Positions 15,453-24,685 of a stretch of DNA of 64,000 nt are shown here, in pieces. The notes below the pieces were generated by a model. That model had not been told where the DNA came from. It did no database searches and saw only the letters and a program-made list of their open reading frames with translations. This stretch comes from Nitrospiraceae bacterium UBA665 (GTDB lineage Bacteria > Nitrospirota > Thermodesulfovibrionia > Thermodesulfovibrionales > Dissulfurispiraceae): positions 1,123 to 65,122 of the forward strand of contig DBNT01000114.1 in assembly GCA_002299835.1 (NCBI GenBank). The letters run 5' to 3'. Made by a program: the position numbers and the translations under genes. Positions within the stretch are counted from its first letter, which is position 1. The number at the start of each line of letters is the position of its first letter.

Positions 15453-16784
15453 ATGAATAAACATGACAGAGAGCAAATGTATAAGCATCTGGAACACTTA
15501 TACATGAAGACGGGGTCTGTCAAGGAAGTGATTAAGGAGACAAACCTATCAATCAGCACTGTATATAGTCATCTAAGGCATCTAACTAAAAAGATGAAAG
15601 AAGAGAAATTGCATAATGCAGCACAGTTATTATCATTAGGGAAATCTATTTCAGTGGCATCCAAGTCCGCAGGCGTTAGCCGGCAAACTGCCAGAAAGCA
15701 CTTAGTGACATTGAACAAGTCTTATAATGCAGATGCTGCTATTGAAAATATTGATAACAATATGTCAGTAAGTAGGCAGGCGAAAACATCAACAAAGACA
15801 AACCCTAATAGCTTTCTTGCTACTCCTGCTATTGACGCTGTTATAAATCTGTCCTACAGACTGGAGAAGTTCAAGGTGCGGAAGTGGATTATTGATACCG
15901 CAGATGCCATGTTGAGCGATATATCGGCAATCACTTTTCCCGGCAGCGAGTGGCTCATGGAAAGAGATCTCTTCTTAAAATGCGGGAAAAGGGTTAAGAA
16001 AATTACTGCGATTGAAAAAGACCGCGAGCTTTATGAGTTCTCCATGCACAATGTCCCGCCTGTTGATAATGTCGAGTTTCCACACAAGACAGACAGCGAA
16101 TTGTTTTCATCTGCAGCAGCGCAGCCATATAATCTGTTGTGGCTGGATTATATGGGTCCTTTTATGCCCAGCAAGCTTGAATCATTTAGGCTTGCTCTTG
16201 AAAACGGCTATGTGGCTGACAGGGCTATTGTCTGCCTGACTTTTTTAAACGGTAGAGACGGCAGCATGTCAAAGACATACAAAGACCATGCAGAATCTGT
16301 CAACGATATCCCTATTGGAAAGGGCAAATACAGCAACGCAAGGCTGAAAGTTATCCCCCAGATGTATGCAGATACTGCCAAGCCTTACGGATTTACAACT
16401 TCCGTAATTTCTGCTCACACGTATAAGGAAAGACAGGGTGGTGTGGCAAAATCTCCTATGCTGTTTATATCTCTACTTATGGAGAAGCAGGCGATAAAAA
16501 GGTCGGTGACTGCCAAAAATGCTAAAACTGCTAAAAAAAGGCTTCTGGAAAAAAAGGCTTTAATAAAAAGTTTAGGCAATGCAGCGATTGAGGTAATAAA
16601 AACCTTGCCCGCATCTTTAGAACAGATTGATAATTCAGTCGCAAGCAAAATTAAAGTCCGGCGGGTGATACGAACACTATTGAAGAATGAAACGGTAGAG
16701 TTCCTCAGGGAGAAGGGATCAAAGGATGTTATTTTCCGTTTAACGGAAAGAGGTAAAAAACTATTAACACAATTGGAGGCTTAA
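15453..16784 (+). CDS. multi-HTH protein with a central Rossmann/methyltransferase-like domain; possible TcmP-type partner of DUF5131
   Basis: GGAGGTG RBS. HTH-like segments (LSISTVYSHLRHL, AGVSRQTARKHL). FPGSEW, ITAIEKD and LLWLDYMGPF resemble SAM-MTase motifs I, II and IV. Confidence 0.5.
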   Translation: MNKHDREQMYKHLEHLYMKTGSVKEVIKETNLSISTVYSHLRHLTKKMKEEKLHNAAQLLSLGKSISVASKSAGVSRQTARKHLVTLNKSYNADAAIENIDNNMSVSRQAKTSTKTNPNSFLATPAIDAVINLSYRLEKFKVRKWIIDTADAMLSDISAITFPGSEWLMERDLFLKCGKRVKKITAIEKDRELYEFSMHNVPPVDNVEFPHKTDSELFSSAAAQPYNLLWLDYMGPFMPSKLESFRLALENGYVADRAIVCLTFLNGRDGSMSKTYKDHAESVNDIPIGKGKYSNARLKVIPQMYADTAKPYGFTTSVISAHTYKERQGGVAKSPMLFISLLMEKQAIKRSVTAKNAKTAKKRLLEKKALIKSLGNAAIEVIKTLPASLEQIDNSVASKIKVRRVIRTLLKNETVEFLREKGSKDVIFRLTERGKKLLTQLEA

Positions 16785-17099
16785 ATGGTAATAATTATCG
16801 ATGCAAGCAATTACGGAAAGATTGTACGCGATATGGTAAAACTGCTTATTCAGCATGGCGCTGAAGCAAACGATGCAAAATCATATCACATTGGCGATGA
16901 AAAAAGCGAAGCCAAATCTCGCAATCAGGGGACTTCCGAACACAGTAATATTTCTGTGCAGAGCAATACCGCAAAGCAACAGGCGATACAACTACTCAAG
17001 GCTGGACGCTCTGTAGACGAGGTGGTCAAAACTACAGGGCTGAAAAAGCCTACAATCAGGGCGTATAAGGCGCATTTAACCATGGGGACTTATACATAG
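16785..17099 (+). CDS. hypothetical protein with a C-terminal HTH-like segment
   Basis: GGAGG RBS. VDEVVKTTGLKKPTIRAYKAHL. Confidence 0.5.
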   Translation: MVIIIDASNYGKIVRDMVKLLIQHGAEANDAKSYHIGDEKSEAKSRNQGTSEHSNISVQSNTAKQQAIQLLKAGRSVDEVVKTTGLKKPTIRAYKAHLTMGTYT

Positions 17100-17107
17100 G
17101 AGGGGTT

Positions 17108-17278
17108 GTGATAGAAAAATTAGAGCTAATAGCCTCAATAGCCACTAATATTAGAGAGGCAGCAGAAAAAGAATCTGTTTCTTGTTATACGATAAGCCAG
17201 ATAGATAGATTAATGTCTGTTATCGACAAGACGATTGCAGACATTAAGTTAGAGGCTGAACAGTGGGCTGGCAAATAA
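17108..17278 (+). CDS. hypothetical 56-aa protein, GTG start
   Basis: AGGAGGGG RBS. Confidence 0.35.
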   Translation: MIEKLELIASIATNIREAAEKESVSCYTISQIDRLMSVIDKTIADIKLEAEQWAGK

Positions 17279-17283
17279 TTACT

Positions 17284-17319
17284 TATCCAATGGCGCATCT
17301 TTAGATGTGCCATTGGATA
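17284..17319 (+). promoter_or_regulatory. 17-bp hairpin with a 2-nt loop: RNA processing or attenuation site
   Basis: TATCCAATGGCGCATCT-tt-AGATGTGCCATTGGATA, with one G-T pair and no T-tract. Confidence 0.4.
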
Positions 17320-17344
17320 GTCTAAACAATTTAAAGGAGGCGTT

Positions 17345-17602
17345 ATGGACGACCATGTGGAATTTCTTACGACTTTACCTCAGAAAAATAACGGTAAACG
17401 CGATAGAGGTTATTACCGCAACCAAAGACAGAGAATTATTAAAAAACGAATGTATATTGCCAAAAGAAAGCGACTTGATGTCTTCTACCCGGGTGAACTG
17501 GCTAAAGGCTCAATTATCTGCAATGTTTTGCTTGTCTTACCATTGCCATTAGAGGCAAGAAGTCGCCAGAAACAACCTAATAGAGAGGTTATATATGTAT
17601 AA
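17345..17602 (+). CDS. hypothetical basic protein
   Basis: AAGGAGG RBS. Confidence 0.5.
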   Translation: MDDHVEFLTTLPQKNNGKRDRGYYRNQRQRIIKKRMYIAKRKRLDVFYPGELAKGSIICNVLLVLPLPLEARSRQKQPNREVIYV

Positions 17603-20600
17603 AATCAAAAAGAAAAAACCGCAATTCGCAAGTGAAAACCAGCTTGCGATTTTCTTTGGCGGAGGGGTAGAATCAGCTATCGCTTCGGTTTCTATCCCGT
17701 TAGATAATTTTATATCTAATGGGACCATAGACCTGCCGGAGACTGTAGAGCTGCCGACAATCCCGTCCAGAGAAATATTATCAACCGTAGATCTGGTAGT
17801 ATGTAATGATGCGTTTAACAAGCGAAACTACCAGTTCACACCGAAAGACCTGTCGCCGGCGTCTAAACTTAAAGACAGATTTGCGGATAATGTAGCAGCA
17901 ATAAGGCTGCTTAAGGATTTAGAGAAAAGTCCGCGGGAGCTGTCTTTAAAAGACAAGGAAACGCTTAACCATTACACTGGATGGGGAGCTTTGCCGCAGG
18001 CGTTTGATTATTATGGCGATGAGTGGAAATCAGAATACTTTTTGCTGAAAAGTCTTTTCACCGAACAGGAGTATGACAGCGCTAAAGCCAGCACGCCAAA
18101 TGCGCATTACACAGACCCTGAGATTATACAATTTATGTATGATGCCTTGAGGAGAATGGGGTTTGATGGCGGAAGGATTTTAGAGCCATCCTCAGGAGTA
18201 GGATACTTCTTAGGGCTTATGCCCGAAGAGATGTCTGCTAAAAGCCGCATAACCGCAGTTGAATTGGATTCTATCAGCGGCAGCATTGCCAAGATGCTCT
18301 ATCCCGACGCGGATGTGCGGATACAAGGCTTTGAGGAAGCGAGGATGCTGGACGGATTCTTCGACCTTGCCATCAGCAATGTGCCGTTCGGCAATTATAA
18401 GGTCTATGATGCCAATGACACTGATCTTAACAAGCACAAATTTAGTATTCATAATTATTTCTTTGCCAAGGCTATGAAAAAGGTCAGACCGGGCGGTATT
18501 GTGACGTTCATTACATCCAGCTATACAATGGATGCAATAGACACAGAATTTAGAGAGTATATGGCGTCCAAAGCAGACCTGATTGCCTCATTTAGACTGC
18601 CGGAGTGCGCATTTCTGAAAGTGGCGAACACAAAAGTCGTCACAGATATTATCTTTCTAAAAAAGAAAGAGCAGGAAGATGTGTCTGCCGATCCGCCGGT
18701 TTGGGTTCATACCGCGCCGGTTTTTGTTCATACCTCGCCGGTTAAAAGGAAGAGTAGTCCACATCTAAACAAGTATTATCATAAAAACCCAGACGCTGTT
18801 TTTGGCAAGATATCTGTTGAAGTCAGCAGGTACGGAGATAATGAACTGACAGTTAAAAAATCAGGCGACGTAGACATACTGCTGAAAAATGCCCTGTCCA
18901 GCATGCCTCATGATGTCTATAAGCCTGCTGTTGTTAAAACAGAGCGCAGAAATCCCTCTGTCATAGAAGCGCCTGAAGGCATGAAAGACGGACTACATAT
19001 TGTTAAGGACGGCGAGATTTACAGGAGCGAGAACAGTACCCTTACACATATCCCGTTTTCCAACGATAACAAAGCCCGCATGTCTGCGGTTGTCGGAATC
19101 CGTGATGCGGCAAGGCAGCTGCTTGCCCGTCAATTAGAACGAGGAGACGCACAATTGGCGGAAGGCATGGCGACACTGAATGCATTGTATGATGCGTTTG
19201 TAGCCAAATACGGCTATCTGAATGCCAGTCAAAATAGAGCGATATATAAAACAGATGCAGATTATCCGCTCATATTGTCTTTGGAAAATTGGGACGAGGA
19301 TTCCCAAACCGCCAGCAAGTCGGATATATTTTTCAACAGGGTTATTTATACGCATAAAAAAGCGGAACGAGCGGAAAACGTTCAGGAAGCCATGCTTATA
19401 ACCTTATCTGAAACAGGCGGCATGCTTGACTTTCAGAGAATGTCTGATTTGATGGGTTTGCCGGAATCAGCTATTATTGCTTCACTGTCTCAAGCAGGAC
19501 TTATATTCAAGCTGCCGGACTCAGGACAATGGGTTACTTCCGATGAATATTTAAGCGGGTTCGTTAAAGACAAACTTAAAGATGCGGAAATAGCCGCAGA
19601 ATCAGACCCGGCTTTTGCAGCAAATGTTACAGCTTTGTCCGCAGTGATACCACATGATATACCTGCTGAAGAAATTTCGGTGAGGCTTGGGTCCTCATGG
19701 ATTCCCACATATGTGATAAAGGAATTTATAGAATATGTTATCGGCGAAAGCGGAGTGGTTGTAGAGTTCTCGCCTATCAGCGCTACATGGTTTGTCAGTA
19801 CTTATAGATACAGCAGGTACTCCATAGAATCATCTGTAAAAAATACAACTGAGTTCGGAACAGAAATGTTAAGCGCTCTTGAAATCATAGAAAAGACGCT
19901 TAACCATCAAAACATTGTTGTCAAAGACTGCATCGGCGAGGACAAAAACGGCAAGAAAATCTATGTCGTCAACGTCGCAAAGACTGAGGCTGCACGGGAA
20001 AAACAATATTTGATTATCTCAAAATTTGAAGAATGGATTTGGAAGGACCCTGTACGCTGCCTAAATCTCGTTCGCATTTATAACGATACGATGAATACCA
20101 TCAGGAACCGGCAGTATGACGGCAGCAATATCATACTGCATAATGTTAACCCGCAGATTGAACTCCGTCCTCATCAGAAAGATGCTGTGTGGCGGATACT
20201 TCAGTCCCAAACAACGCTGCTTGCGCATGTAGTTGGATCCGGGAAGACTTATATTTGCGCTGCAGCGGCTATGGAGTGCAAACGGCTCGGCATCGCTCAC
20301 AAACCGATGTTAGTCGTGCCTAATCATTTATTAGAGCAATGGGCTGCCGAGATCCTAAGACTCTATCCTGCTGCCAACGTCTTAATAGCGGGCAAAGAAG
20401 ACTTCACTCCACAAAACAGGAAGCTGCTGTTTTCCAAGATCGCCATGTCTAACTGGGATGCTGTGATCGTTGGGCATAGCAGCTTTGAAAAAGTCGCTGT
20501 GTCCAACGACACGCTGAACGCCCTCATTAATAAAGAAATTGCCGACTTGGAATATCGAATCAGAGAAGAAAATGACCGCGGCGGAAGACAGACCCGTGTC

Positions 20601-22592
20601 ATAAAAGACATGGAAAAAAGGAAGAAAAATCTACGGGCCAAACTTTTTATGAAGGCTAATGAGGAGAACAAAGACAATCTCCTTAATTTTGAAGAACTGG
20701 GCGTGGATATGCTTCTTGTAGATGAGTCAGATATGTTTAAAAATCTCGGATTTGCCACTAAGATGCGTGGAGTAGCAGGACTGCCCAATACCGAAAGCAA
20801 TCGCGCATTTGATATGTTTGTCAAAGTTAACCACATGGTTGGATTGGGAAACAAAGTAGTGTTTGCTACAGGCACGCCTATATCCAACACTATGGGCGAA
20901 ATGTTCACGCTGCAGAGATTTTTAGGCATGGGAGCCCTGCTGCACCATTTTGACGCATGGGCAGGGACTTTCGGAGAGATTATATCGTCGTTTGAAATAT
21001 CTCCAGACGGATCAGGTTATCGGGTTATAAATAGGTTTGCGCGGTTCGTTAACCTGCCGGAATTGATGAACATGTTCCGCATGTTTGCAGATATACAGAC
21101 AGCAGATATGCTCGACATCCCAATGCCTAAGTTGAAAGGAGACAGTCCGGATACGGTTGTGGCGCCGCCTACTATAGAGTTGAAAGAATACACTCAACAG
21201 CTTGTAAAACGCGCTGAAGCCATTAGATCAGGCAGAGTAGACCCAAGGACTGACAACATGCTTTGCGTTACCAACGACGGCAGAAAAGCCGCTTTGGATA
21301 TGAGGATTATGGATACTGTGTACTGTGATACGCCAGACAGCAAAGTAAACAATGCCGTGGCTAATATTATAGCCATCTATAAACAAACAATTATATCTAA
21401 AGGGACGCAGCTTGTATTTTGCGATTTAAGCACTCCGCAAAATACGAATTTCAGCGTTTATACGGATATAAAAAACAAACTTGTCATGAGCGGCATACCT
21501 GTTCATGAAATAGCTTTCATCCATAACGCAGACACTGATGCAAAAAAGAAGGTTCTTTTTGATAAGGTGAATGTAGGCAAGGTTCGCATACTAATGGGGT
21601 CAACTACCAAAATGGGCACAGGTATGAATGTGCAGCGCAGATTAGTTGCTCTGCATCACATTGACGCACCGTGGCGCCCACGCGATATTGAGCAGCGTGA
21701 AGGCAGGATTCTACGGCAAGGCAATACCAACGACATCGTAGAAATCTATCGCTATGTGACCGAGGAATCCTTCGATAGCTACATATGGCAGACTCTGGAA
21801 AACAAAGCACGGTTTATAGCTCAGATCATGAACGGAAGCAATATCGCCAGAACTGCCGAAGATGTTGAAGGCGCAGCGCTTACCTATGCTGAAGTAAAAG
21901 CACTTGCATCAGGCAACCCGCTTGTTATGGAAAAGTTCAAAGTGGACAACGAAATTCGCAGGCTGAATATGCTTAAAACGCAGCACAAACGTTCACTGAT
22001 AAGTATGCAATCTGATCTGTCTTTACTGTCCCTTAAGGTTGATACCTATAAGAGCCACATCGAAAGACATGAGGCGGATTTGAAAGTGAGGACAGTGCAA
22101 GAAAAGTTCTCCATCGTCATAGATAATATTGTCTATGATAATAGAGAAAAAGCAGGAGATGCGATATTGTCAAAAACCTCGTCTTTAAGAGGTATGATTG
22201 TCCCTGAAAAGATAGGCTCTTACTCAGGTTTTGATTTGTATATAGCTTCGGATAAAAAGTCTTTCATGAATTCCTTTGGGCAGATTATTGCCAAGGGAAG
22301 TGCCGAACACATAGGCAATATTACGGCTTCGGCATTAGGGACTATAGCGTCTTTGGATTATGCTGTCAGAAATATAGAATCTAAAGTTGCCGGTTATAAA
22401 GCGATGCTTGATTCTGCGTTAAAAAATATCGAGAGTTTAACCGCTGAAATTGAAAAGCCTTTTGCATATGATGATAATCTCAAAACACTTACTGCCAGGA
22501 AAAAGGAAATAGATTCGGCTTTAGACCTCGATAAGCATCAGTCTATAGGATCAGGTGATGTCGCTGAAGGTGAGGTAAAGCTGGCGGCATAA
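17595..22592 (+). CDS. N6-adenine DNA methyltransferase / SNF2-type helicase fusion protein, 1665 aa
   Basis: MTase motif I ILEPSSGVGYF and motif IV ISNVPFG. Helicase motif I GSGKT, motif II LLVDESD, motif III ATGTPISN and motif VI QREGRILRQGN. Confidence 0.85.
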   Translation: MYKIKKKKPQFASENQLAIFFGGGVESAIASVSIPLDNFISNGTIDLPETVELPTIPSREILSTVDLVVCNDAFNKRNYQFTPKDLSPASKLKDRFADNVAAIRLLKDLEKSPRELSLKDKETLNHYTGWGALPQAFDYYGDEWKSEYFLLKSLFTEQEYDSAKASTPNAHYTDPEIIQFMYDALRRMGFDGGRILEPSSGVGYFLGLMPEEMSAKSRITAVELDSISGSIAKMLYPDADVRIQGFEEARMLDGFFDLAISNVPFGNYKVYDANDTDLNKHKFSIHNYFFAKAMKKVRPGGIVTFITSSYTMDAIDTEFREYMASKADLIASFRLPECAFLKVANTKVVTDIIFLKKKEQEDVSADPPVWVHTAPVFVHTSPVKRKSSPHLNKYYHKNPDAVFGKISVEVSRYGDNELTVKKSGDVDILLKNALSSMPHDVYKPAVVKTERRNPSVIEAPEGMKDGLHIVKDGEIYRSENSTLTHIPFSNDNKARMSAVVGIRDAARQLLARQLERGDAQLAEGMATLNALYDAFVAKYGYLNASQNRAIYKTDADYPLILSLENWDEDSQTASKSDIFFNRVIYTHKKAERAENVQEAMLITLSETGGMLDFQRMSDLMGLPESAIIASLSQAGLIFKLPDSGQWVTSDEYLSGFVKDKLKDAEIAAESDPAFAANVTALSAVIPHDIPAEEISVRLGSSWIPTYVIKEFIEYVIGESGVVVEFSPISATWFVSTYRYSRYSIESSVKNTTEFGTEMLSALEIIEKTLNHQNIVVKDCIGEDKNGKKIYVVNVAKTEAAREKQYLIISKFEEWIWKDPVRCLNLVRIYNDTMNTIRNRQYDGSNIILHNVNPQIELRPHQKDAVWRILQSQTTLLAHVVGSGKTYICAAAAMECKRLGIAHKPMLVVPNHLLEQWAAEILRLYPAANVLIAGKEDFTPQNRKLLFSKIAMSNWDAVIVGHSSFEKVAVSNDTLNALINKEIADLEYRIREENDRGGRQTRVIKDMEKRKKNLRAKLFMKANEENKDNLLNFEELGVDMLLVDESDMFKNLGFATKMRGVAGLPNTESNRAFDMFVKVNHMVGLGNKVVFATGTPISNTMGEMFTLQRFLGMGALLHHFDAWAGTFGEIISSFEISPDGSGYRVINRFARFVNLPELMNMFRMFADIQTADMLDIPMPKLKGDSPDTVVAPPTIELKEYTQQLVKRAEAIRSGRVDPRTDNMLCVTNDGRKAALDMRIMDTVYCDTPDSKVNNAVANIIAIYKQTIISKGTQLVFCDLSTPQNTNFSVYTDIKNKLVMSGIPVHEIAFIHNADTDAKKKVLFDKVNVGKVRILMGSTTKMGTGMNVQRRLVALHHIDAPWRPRDIEQREGRILRQGNTNDIVEIYRYVTEESFDSYIWQTLENKARFIAQIMNGSNIARTAEDVEGAALTYAEVKALASGNPLVMEKFKVDNEIRRLNMLKTQHKRSLISMQSDLSLLSLKVDTYKSHIERHEADLKVRTVQEKFSIVIDNIVYDNREKAGDAILSKTSSLRGMIVPEKIGSYSGFDLYIASDKKSFMNSFGQIIAKGSAEHIGNITASALGTIASLDYAVRNIESKVAGYKAMLDSALKNIESLTAEIEKPFAYDDNLKTLTARKKEIDSALDLDKHQSIGSGDVAEGEVKLAA

Positions 22593-22631
22593 ATAAGCAA
22601 GTAAAGTCTAAATCATTTTTTAACAAAAAAA

Positions 22632-22673
22632 CGGAGATGCACTGCCTTTGGCAGTCTCTCCGTTTTTGCTTTT
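22632..22673 (+). terminator. rho-independent terminator
   Basis: GGAGATGCACTGCC-TTT-GGCAGTCTCTCC followed by a T-run, preceded by an A-tract. Confidence 0.65.
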
Positions 22674-22696
22674 AAAAAAGATAAGGGAGACAATTT

Positions 22697-23080
22697 ATGA
22701 ATCATTATTCAAAAAAGAGCACTGATGAGCTTATGCAAATCAGTGTCAATGTTTTAACAGAACTACAAAAAAGATTTATGCATGGATTTACGAATGTTGT
22801 TTTCCGGCAGTCTAAGAAGGCACTTGTCTTAAAGGGCGGAATCCCTGCCGATAGGAAAGGCTGGCTATACCTACCCTTTTTAGAAAAAATCTCCGGCTTT
22901 TTTCAGCCAGAGGAAGACGGTAATGGAAAAATCTATCACCAGCTATTGCCACCGGGAACCAATCTTGAGATAGTCTCACACGCAGGCGTGAAAGAAAGTT
23001 TTGTTGTCACAAGCGACAACAGTGAATGCGATATTGAAATCGATAACGCCTTTATAAAAGGCCCAATTAAAAAAATATAA
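22697..23080 (+). CDS. hypothetical protein
   Basis: AAGGGAG RBS. Confidence 0.55.
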   Translation: MNHYSKKSTDELMQISVNVLTELQKRFMHGFTNVVFRQSKKALVLKGGIPADRKGWLYLPFLEKISGFFQPEEDGNGKIYHQLLPPGTNLEIVSHAGVKESFVVTSDNSECDIEIDNAFIKGPIKKI

Positions 23081-23104
23081 GAGCGATAACAAAAGGAGGT
23101 TCTC

Positions 23105-23323
23105 ATGTTGCCAGATTATAAGTTTTGCTGCCGTCTCGTGCACGATTTATGCGACGGAGCTATAACAAGGACGGAATTTGATAGAGCGATTACAGAGAGA
23201 TACCCTGAGTCCGGTCAAATTGAATTATCTTTTTCCACAAAGGAGGGTAAAGCAAATGTTTACAAGAGATATAAGAGAATTTTCGGAAGGGCTGACAGTC
23301 ATTGGCGGTTGGTCGCCGTATGA
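23105..23323 (+). CDS. hypothetical protein
   Basis: AAGGAGG RBS. The 3' 68 nt overlap the next ORF. Confidence 0.45.
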   Translation: MLPDYKFCCRLVHDLCDGAITRTEFDRAITERYPESGQIELSFSTKEGKANVYKRYKRIFGRADSHWRLVAV

Positions 23324-23525
23324 GGTTAGCGTAGCGAAAAATATAATAGAAATAACAAAAGTAGTTAAGTTTAACGTTCAGAGCAAAAAAGAAATCATAG
23401 AGGAAACCAGAAAGGCTTTTAATATGCCTGAAAAAGAATATCCTTTATTGTCAATTCTCACTGTTAAAAAAGGCATTAGAATGAAGCTTAAAAGGGGAGG
23501 TAGAGATCATGTTGGTAAAAACTGA
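23256..23525 (+). CDS. hypothetical protein
   Basis: AAGGAGGG RBS before the internal ATG 23256 of track ORF 23178..23525. Confidence 0.45.
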   Translation: MFTRDIREFSEGLTVIGGWSPYEVSVAKNIIEITKVVKFNVQSKKEIIEETRKAFNMPEKEYPLLSILTVKKGIRMKLKRGGRDHVGKN

Positions 23526-23838
23526 AAGAAAGTCAGCCGTGTTTTTTACGAAGCACGCGCGTGAACAGTTTCTGATGACATCCGAGGCTTTAGGTTTAAA
23601 AACAAGCCCGGATGAAATAGAAAAGGTCTTCAAAAAGGCAACACCGGAGAAGATATTAGACTCTTCGGTCAGGTTTAACTTGTTTAAGAGGTCCATTGTT
23701 CATGGTGATGCAAAATATTATGTCGCCGATGGCTGGAGGTTTGTGGTTGCTGGCGACAAAGTTGTGACGGTCGAGCGCATAAGACCTCACGAAAATCATA
23801 AGTATCTCAAAAATTTTATACCAAAAGGCAGGAGGTAA
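23509..23838 (+). CDS. hypothetical protein
   Basis: GGGGAGG RBS. Confidence 0.5.
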   Translation: MLVKTERKSAVFFTKHAREQFLMTSEALGLKTSPDEIEKVFKKATPEKILDSSVRFNLFKRSIVHGDAKYYVADGWRFVVAGDKVVTVERIRPHENHKYLKNFIPKGRR

Positions 23839-23842
23839 CCAT

Positions 23843-24556
23843 ATGGGTTTTGGTGCTCTTAATATAACCGCAGATTTAAATAATAAGAAACAGTTTGTTC
23901 GCCGCAAAAAAAAGGGCGTTGTGCCTCTTTTGGATGCTTATAGGTTTGAGCGTCTCACGCCCGAATCTGCCATTGAAAAATTCAAAGGCGCTGTATTGAA
24001 ATGGGCGAACCACTATGTCCACGTTGCTCCCGGACTGGATATAGATGATCTTGTTTCAGTGGGCAATATCGGTGTGCTAAAGGCAGTTAAGAATTATGCC
24101 CCTGAAAAAATGAATTATTCATTGAGTTCATTTAATTCGTATGTCGAAAGCTCTATAAAATGGGAGATTAAAAATGAGATCTCTTCTTTTGTAAAAAGTA
24201 GAGAGGAGGTTGTCCGCACTAAAGTCGGCAGAAAATATATAGATAAGGTTGTAAGACATATGCCAGGCTTTGTATCTTTTGATGCGCCTGTCGGCAAAGA
24301 CGAGGAGGGACTTGTTTTCCACGAGATTATTAAAGACACTCGTAGAAGCAATACCTGTAAGAGCATTTTGATAGATGAAATGTGGAAGCACATAGAACGA
24401 CTTCCCGGCAAATTAGGGCAAGTCCTTGCTCTTAGATATAAGGGCAGTGGGAAAACCCTAAAAGAGGTTGGGGAATCCTTTGGTCTAACTAAGGAACGTG
24501 TTAGGCAGATTGAGATTAAGGCGATTAAAAAACTAAGGGCTTTCATGCCTGCCTAA
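23843..24556 (+). CDS. sigma-70 family RNA polymerase sigma factor
   Basis: Region 2-like GNIGVLKAVKNY. Region 4.2 LKEVGESFGLTKERVRQIEIKAIKKLR. Confidence 0.8.
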   Translation: MGFGALNITADLNNKKQFVRRKKKGVVPLLDAYRFERLTPESAIEKFKGAVLKWANHYVHVAPGLDIDDLVSVGNIGVLKAVKNYAPEKMNYSLSSFNSYVESSIKWEIKNEISSFVKSREEVVRTKVGRKYIDKVVRHMPGFVSFDAPVGKDEEGLVFHEIIKDTRRSNTCKSILIDEMWKHIERLPGKLGQVLALRYKGSGKTLKEVGESFGLTKERVRQIEIKAIKKLRAFMPA

Positions 24557-24583
24557 AAACAGTCTTAAAGAAGCGACGACCGA

Positions 24584-24612
24584 AAAGACTAAGGACGCCC
24601 TTAGTCTTTTTT
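24584..24612 (+). terminator. rho-independent terminator of the sigma gene
   Basis: AAAGACTAAGG-acgc-CCTTAGTCTTT followed by Ts. The hairpin is built from a radC-like remnant. Confidence 0.65.
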
Positions 24613-24656
24613 GGTATTGCATCAATAGTCCATAATAATAGTAGCCAGAGAACGGT
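24591..24656 (+). pseudogene. remnant of a RadC/JAB gene 3' end
   Basis: AAGGACGCCCTTAGTCTTTT...CATAATAATAGTAGCCAGAGAACGG aligns with 28705..28768 of the intact radC-like gene but is frame-disrupted. Confidence 0.55.
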
Positions 24657-24685
24657 TAAAAAAACATGTACCACAGGAGAAAAAA

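Noticed and set aside
20363-20929. Long antisense ORFs inside large genes: 20363..20929 (-), 4260..4811 (-), 46010..46672 (-), 58079..58630 (-), 24115..24546 (-) and 55134..55619 (-).
   Set aside because: They lie wholly inside well-supported + strand genes with recognisable motifs. They lack RBSs and promoters and have low-complexity translations, so they are shadow ORFs.
22632-22673. A sigma-54 promoter (TGGCA...TTGC) within the GCC-TTT-GGC hairpins.
   Set aside because: The GG-to-GC spacing is ~18 nt rather than the required ~10-12. The sequences behave as terminator hairpins with flanking A and T tracts.
23105-23525. Programmed frameshift joining 23105..23323 and 23256..23525.
   Set aside because: No slippery heptamer was noticed in the 68-nt overlap, and the second ORF has its own strong RBS. 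They are treated as overlapping genes.
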